A stretch of DNA of 64,000 nucleotides from Octopus vulgaris. Its lineage: Eukaryota. Position 1 is the stretch's first letter, and the number at the start of each line of letters is the position of its first letter. Of this stretch, positions 56,795 through 64,000 are shown piece after piece. The translations under genes were made by a program, and so were the position numbers. The stretch is taken from contig OX597832.1 of NCBI GenBank assembly GCA_951406725.2, forward strand, positions 71,610,001 through 71,674,000, written 5' to 3'. Below the pieces are notes generated by a model, which was not told the DNA's origin, made no database searches, and was given only the letters and a program-made list of their open reading frames with translations.

Positions 56795-57353
56795 CACACG
56801 CACACATACATACAAAATATAAATATCACACAAATACACCTAGCATATATATACACATACAATACACACATACAGCATGTATACAATATACATACACAAT
56901 ATATGCTTGCAATATACGTACGCAATACATGCATATAATATATATATATATAGACAATGCATATACATATATACATGTATACATATAAATAGTGTTTACA
57001 TACACATACAAAGATATACCACATATACACACAATATACATGCATACACATACACGTACGCATACATATAATATATATAAACACACACACACACACATAA
57101 CATACATACACAATGCATACATATATATACACGCAATGCATATACATGTATTCATGCATATATAGCACACCTACAATATACATATATACAATGCACACAT
57201 ACACACACATATATATATTAAAAATTCACACACACACCCACACACACAAATTACAAACCTATAGCGTACACACTCAAATATATCTCTACATACCGCACAC
57301 ACACACAAACAATGTACTCACATATACACACATACCATGCATATACACACACA

Positions 57354-57390
<37 letters not shown>

Positions 57391-57433
57391 AAAACAAATA
57401 CACATGTAAATACATACACACATACACAATGCT

Positions 57434-57466
<33 letters not shown>

Positions 57467-57811
57467 CACACACACACACACATATATATACACACGTGCA
57501 TACACACACACACACACAGCGCGCGCGCGCACACACACGCACACAGTGCACACACACACACATATATAAACACACGCGCACACACACACACAACGTGCAC
57601 ACACACACACACACACACACGCAACACTCACACACATACATAACCTACATATATATAAAATGCATGCGTGTGCATGCCACGTATGTGTGCGGTCAATGCT
57701 CGCTAGTGTGTCCTATGCGTGTCGATGCGCGCATGTGCCCGCCCGCACGATATGCTGTGAGTGTGCGCGTGTCCCTGTGTGCTTGCTCTGGATGTGTTTC
57801 CAGGGGGTATG

Positions 57812-59057
57812 TTAGAGTATGTTTAGTTGTGGTCTGTATTTTTGAATAAGATTACTTTCCTTATTTATTCGTGTTTGGTCTGTGGTGTTGTCCGAGCATT
57901 GGTATAGTGGGAAGACTAAGAATTTGGGGGACTTATTGTGTGCACAAAGGTCTAAGTGTCCACTTAGTGGTATCTGTCTTGTGGAGGGGTCCCTCAGTTG
58001 TTGTCGGTGAACTGTCATTCTTTCTCTGAGGGTAAGGCTCGTTTGCCCTATGTAGTATTCGTGGCATCCTTCACACCTTATGACGTAGAGTAAATTTTTT
58101 GATGCGCACGTGAAATTATTTTTTATGATGAATGTGTGTCCCGAGTGGAACTTGTACGACGATCCCTCAATGAGGTGGATGCAGGTCTTGCAGTTGGGGC
58201 GACCACATTTTTTGATGGTGGGCGGTGGGTTTGTGTTGTGTAATTTTGCGTTGGTGAGGAGGTTTTTTAGGGATTTAGGTTGTCTCTTACTTTTTATTAT
58301 TTTATGAGCTGCCAGTATTTTTTTCAGGCGTGGGTCTTGATTTAGTTGTGGAATGTTGTTGTATATAATAGTGTAAGCTTCTGCATTCCTTGGGTTGTGT
58401 GTTGAGAGATAGGGAGGCTATTTACTGTACTGTGGATGTGTTTGGGTTTTCGTAGGTCTTGAATGTTGATTGATTTGGCCCGTTCTATTCCGTTGTCTAC
58501 TAGTGATGCCGGGTAATGTCTTTCGAGAAGGATTGCCCTTAGTTCCCGGAGTCTTCTATTTCGTGTTGTGTCATTTGAGACAATAGTGCAGATTCTTCTC
58601 GCTAGGTTGAAGGGGATATTTGTCTTTGTGTGTTTTGGGTGATTGGAGGTGAATAGAAGGTATTGTTTAGAGTCAGTGGGTTTGTAATGGATGTCAGTTT
58701 CAATGTTGACGCCTTTTTTAATGATTAGGATGTCAAGAAAAGGGAGTTGGTCCTGACTGTATTCCATTGTGAATTGAATGTTGTTATTTACACTGTTGAT
58801 AAGGTTTTTGAAGTCTATAAGTTGGTCGAGTGTGTGGGACCATAGGATGAGGCAATCATCTAAGTAGCGTTTCCAGTTCTCCAACAGGTATTTGTGGAAA
58901 GACTGGCCGTACTTATATTTGGATTTTTCATAGATATGTGATTCCAGGTAGGCCATCACCAGGTTTGCATAGGTAGGTGCAACTTTCGTACCCATTGCAG
59001 TTCCTGAGACCTGTCTGTAAGTGTTGTTGTGGAAATACATGAAGTTGTTTTGCAATA
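57812..59057 (-). pseudogene. PLE RT and GIY-YIG endonuclease, frameshifted near 58400
   Basis: [35 protein letters not shown]; CGRPNCKTC, LLYVIRCEGCHEYYIGQT...RMTVH, PQLN. Confidence 0.9.
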
Positions 59058-59091
59058 CATATATATCATATATATATGTATATATATATAT

Positions 59092-59122
<31 letters not shown>

Positions 59123-59256
59123 CATATATATAATATATATACATACATATATATACATATACATTACATATATACCTACACATATATACATATACATACA
59201 TACATATATATACACATACATGCATACATATATATATATATATACATACATATATA

Positions 59257-59297
<41 letters not shown>

Positions 59298-59315
59298 CAT
59301 ATATATATACATATG

Positions 59316-59346
<31 letters not shown>

Positions 59347-59480
59347 ATACATATACATACATATAATTATACATATGCATACATATATATATACATACAT
59401 ATATATATATACATATACATACATATAATTATACATATACATACATATACATATATATACATAAATATATATATACATAG

Positions 59481-59537
<57 letters not shown>

Positions 59538-59579
59538 CATATACATATACCGCCCAAAATATATATATATACATATGCA

Positions 59580-59617
<38 letters not shown>

Positions 59618-59663
59618 CATACATATATATATACATATGCATACATATATATATATATACATA

Positions 59664-59703
<40 letters not shown>

Positions 59704-59867
59704 CATATACATATACCGCCCAAAATATATATATATATATATATACATATGCATACATATATATATATATACATACATATACATACATATATATATACAT
59801 ATACATACATATATATATACATATGCATACATATATATATATACATATATATATACATATATATATA

Positions 59868-59985
59868 CAGAGGGAGTGTCCAGGATAGGACTACACAGCC
59901 ACAGCAGGAAATGTATCAGGACATGAAATATAAAAGCCGGACTAGACTACTTCATGCGCAACTCCATTGTCTCCCGAGAAAGGAT
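59868..59985 (+). repeat. Short interspersed repeat, probable LINE 3' end; second copy inverted at 62097-62297
   Basis: ~115-bp near-identity with the reverse complement of 62124-62242. The second copy has a (CAATA)n tail. Confidence 0.7.
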
Positions 59986-60031
59986 ACATATATATATACA
60001 TATATATATACATATATATATACATATAATT

Positions 60032-60076
<45 letters not shown>

Positions 60077-60084
60077 CACACACA

Positions 60085-60154
<70 letters not shown>

Positions 60155-60169
60155 CAAATGTATATATAT

Positions 60170-61070
60170 GAGATGTTTGTGCTGGTATGGTCATGTACTA
60201 CGGATGGATGAGGAGAGATGTATGAAGGAATCCGAATTAGAGGTAGACCCAGAAAGACATGGGATGAGGTGGTCAAGCATGACCTTCGAAAGTTGGGCCT
60301 CACAGAGGCAATGACGAAAGACCGAGCCCTCTAGAGATATGCTGTGACTGTGAAGACCTGACAAATAATGTGAGTTCATGGCTGTTTCCTGCACCAGCTT
60401 TACATAGCAGCCCCAGCCCATCCAAAGTACCTTGGATTGCAGGATGGCCTTCTGTGCTTCCCTTGAATCATAGGGTGACCTGCTGCGCTTGAGGAGGCCT
60501 ATTGAGTCAAGTATATCAACATCAAAATAAAAATCAAATGGGTACCCGTGCCGGTGGCATGTAAAAAGCACCATCCGAACATGGCCGATGCCAGCGCCAA
60601 CTTGACTGGCTTCCACGCCGTGTGGCACATAAATAGCACCAAATAATCATGGCTGTTGCCAGCTTTCCCTGGCACCTGTGCCATTGGCATGTAAAAAGCA
60701 CCCACTACACTGATGGAATGGTTGGCGTTAGGAAAGGCATCCAGCTGTAGGAACACTGCCAGATGAGATTGGAGCCTGATGTAGCCTCCTGGCTTCCCAC
60801 ACCCCGGTTTAACCGTCCAACCCATGCTAGCATGGAAAACAGACTGTAAACGACGATGGTGATGATGATGATATACATCATCCTCATCATCATCATCGTT
60901 TAACGTCCGTTCTCCATGCTAGCATGGGTTGGACGGTTCGACCGGGGATCTGGGAAGCCAGAAGGCTGCACCAGGCTCCAGTCTTATCTGGCAATGTTTC
61001 TACAGCTGGATGCCCTTCCTAACGCCAACCACTCCATGAGTGTAGTGGGTGCTTTTTACGTGCCACCTGC
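60170..61070. mobile_element. RTE-tail-type retroposon (+, ~60170-60872) with an opposite-orientation copy (-, 60877-61070) joined tail to tail at (GAT)n
   Basis: [16 protein letters not shown] (RTE C-terminus) at 60240. 60690-60870 is mirrored by 60877-61060. Confidence 0.7.
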
Positions 61071-61307
61071 AGACATGCCACATATATATATATATATATA
61101 TGTGAAATAGAAAGATGAATAATCTTGTAGTAGATTAATCAAAAGTTTAACCGATACCTTGGTAGCAAAAATCACAGCAGTAAACAGCACGGTTGGAGGT
61201 ACAACCATATGGTGTTGCAACCGTGCGTTGGTGCGGATAATTGAAATTAAAATATTATTGGTGAATTGAAGAAATGGAGCTGAACGAAGATTGAACAGAA
61301 ATCGTTT

Positions 61308-61400
61308 TATTTCATTCTACACGTGTTTCGAAAGGCACAATTTACCAAAATCCGATTGAATAATGGGACCATATTGTGTCTTTCTCTTCAGGAAGAAATA
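61308..61400 (-). ncRNA. Hammerhead motif, family A (left arm)
   Basis: Reverse complement of 61594-61686. Confidence 0.78.
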
Positions 61401-61593
61401 GGAAATCCGTTGGAAAAAACAAAAACAGAACAGAGGCGGAGCAAAACAAATCGAACTAGGCTCCTAAGAGCCCATGGCAAAACTAGGCTCCTAAGAGCCC
61501 ATGGCAAAGGGTTTTGCCATGGGCTCTTAGGAGCCTAGTTCGATTTGTTTTGCTCCGCCTCTGTTCTGTTTTTGTTTTTTCCAACGGATTTCC

Positions 61594-61686
61594 TATTTCT
61601 TCCTGAAGAGAAAGACACAATATGGTCCCATTATTCAATCGGATTTTGGTAAATTGTGCCTTTCGAAACACGTGTAGAATGAAATA
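61594..61686 (+). ncRNA. Type I hammerhead motif, family A
   Basis: TATTTCTTC/GAA(T)GAAATA 9-bp bulged stem I, CTGAAGA, 12-bp stem II, GAAA-CACGTG-TA. Confidence 0.8.
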
Positions 61687-61732
61687 AAACGATTTCTGTT
61701 CAATCTTCGTTCAGCTCCATTTCTTCAATTCA

Positions 61733-61806
<74 letters not shown>

Positions 61807-62004
61807 CACATACATATACATATACCACAAAAAATAACAAGGAAAAAGTTTTTATTTTCCATTCCCTTTGAAAAGTGGTCTTAATTGTGGTTTTGGTCGT
61901 TTTCACTGCTTCTTCTAGCATGTGAAAATTAGCTGTTAAAGGTAGTTTTCTCTTGTGTTTAAATGTACACTATTTGATACATACATATACATATATATAT
62001 ATAT

Positions 62005-62065
<61 letters not shown>

Positions 62066-64000
62066 TACACACATATATATATACATATACATATATATTG
62101 TATTGTATTGTATTGTATTGGCATCCTTTCTGTCTCGGGAGACAATGGAGTTGCGCATGAAGTAGTCTAGTCCGGCTTTTATATTTCATGTCCTGATACA
62201 TTTCCTGCTGTGGCTGTGTAGTCCTATCCTGGACACTCCCTCTGGCAGGTACCGCAAATGTAGCGAAGACTGTTCCTGGCTGGAACAGTCTTCGCTACAT
62301 ATATATATATATACATACATATACATATATATACATATATATATATTCCTATGCATACATATACATACATATACATATATATATATATATATCTTTATAT
62401 ATATATATATACATATATATATGTATACATATATATACATACACATATATACATATACATACATATATATACATATGCATACATATATATATGTATATAT
62501 ATATATAGATAGATATATATATATGTGTGTGTGTACACACAAACACACACACACACACAGTCACACTTACATGATGGACATCTTTAAGTTTGTGCCTTTC
62601 AAATCCATTCACAAGGCTTTGGTCATTCTTGTGTGTATGTGTATCTCACTAATGTATATCCTTGGACAGATGTACAAACAGTGGGAAAAGTGGTAAACTC
62701 GTGCCTTCAAAGAGAAATAAAGTGGATATAATATGTTGTGGCAGAGTTGTACTGACTTCCCTTGTCACTCCTCCTATTGGAAATACAGCAAAACATTGGA
62801 GTGGTTCGCAGGAAACTCATAACAATACTATTGTTCATAAAATGAACAAATAAATAAAACACAATAAAGATATGAATATTAAAAAATACAAAAACATACA
62901 AAAAGCTCCCTTTCATCTCTGTCATCTGTAAAGTTAAGGTTAATAGAGTAAAAAATTATTGTCGTGTTAATAACAATTCATCACAAAGATTTAGATATTT
63001 AAGAAATTTTGTTTTTTAAAGAAGCATAAAAATAAAAAAATAACTTTAACTTATTTAAGTTAATTGATCAATTAATTGATTTATTGACTCCATAATTGTG
63101 TTAGAAATTGTCAAGATGTTGTTTTAGCATATCTTTGAATAACAATGAATTCCTGCATCTGCACCAGTCTTTGTTTTGGTTGAAAGGAATGGTAGGTGGT
63201 GGGGAGGGTCTATCTTGACTTATGGTATGTCTTCCGCATTAAAATCTTAGGAAGCCCATCCTTCTCCAACTCTGACCACCATTGATACACTCAAACAGGA
63301 TATGTATGAATACAGACACAAAAACACCCATACATATAGTTTTATATATATAGGTATATATATATATATCATCAACATTTAACATCCATTTTCCAAGCTG
63401 GAATGGTTTGGATGGCTTGACAGGAAATGGTAAATCCAGGGGCCACACCAAATTCCATAGTCTGTTTTGGCTTGCTTTCTACTGCCGGATGCCCTTCATA
63501 AGTGATCAATACTTATGCAACTGTCCTCATCTATCCACATCACATGATCAAACCAGCACAGTCTCCTCTCTTGCACTCTGCATACAATTCCTTTTATGCT
63601 AACCAATGCTCCATCACACATGCACACTGACACCTCACACCCAGCAGTATATCAATTTTAAGAAACGCCCCCACCACCACCACCTCCAGCAGCAAGAGCA
63701 ACTGCAGAATCACACCCAGAAATACCAGAACTGGGACCAAAGATAGAAACACCAATGGTAGTGAGACATCCAGTGCAGAGATATGGAAATATATTAGTTC
63801 ATCCAGAACTCCATTTAAGCCATGCCTGTACAACCACAGACTCTCATTTAGGATACCAGAGAGGTACAACATCATGCCCCTGGCACCTAAAAGAGGAATA
63901 AACCACATACATAATCAAATGTAAGTTCCTTGAGTAACCAGGGCCTTATATAAATGGAAGAAAATGTTGTAAGCTTTGCTTGACAGAGAGAACAAGAATC

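Larger units (their letters stand above)
55865..59057 (-). mobile_element. 5'-truncated Penelope-like element (Neptune-like) with microsatellite-filled 3'UTR
   Basis: RT plus GIY-YIG at 57812-59057, compound CA/TA tract 56570-57660, terminal hammerhead, ends in (TA)n. Confidence 0.85.
61101..61738. repeat. Fold-back element family A, arms 61256-61508 / 61512-61738, left tail
   Basis: Same tail and arm as 37236-38539 but shorter arms. A 27-bp tandem duplication lies at the fold point. Confidence 0.95.

Noticed and set aside
62640-62940. Possible minus-strand host exon(s)
   Set aside because: An acceptor-like TTTACAG is present, but there is no recognisable protein or consistent frame.

Overview
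Eukaryotic, AT-rich, repeat-saturated DNA, most likely from an octopus (inferred from the tRNA-derived SINE family and the compound (TA)n/(CA)n microsatellites). I found no intact host gene, and most listed ORFs are microsatellite translations. The window holds a near full-length L1/Tx1 LINE, an ORF1-only derivative in tandem, a 5'-truncated Ty3/Gypsy element, three Penelope-like element (PLE) coding remnants, CR1, RTE and R4/Dong fragments, Tc1/mariner elements and several SINEs. The main unexplained structure is a set of about nine fold-back elements of 0.2-6 kb with a shared layout: (TA)n - one-sided tail - arm >> << arm - (TA)n. Alongside them are about 16 type I hammerhead-ribozyme motifs from about 8 sequence families, nearly all with a self-complementary minimal stem III and several with core variants (U3:A8, U4C, U10.1-U11.1). 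All ribozyme calls come from pairing by eye and are untested.
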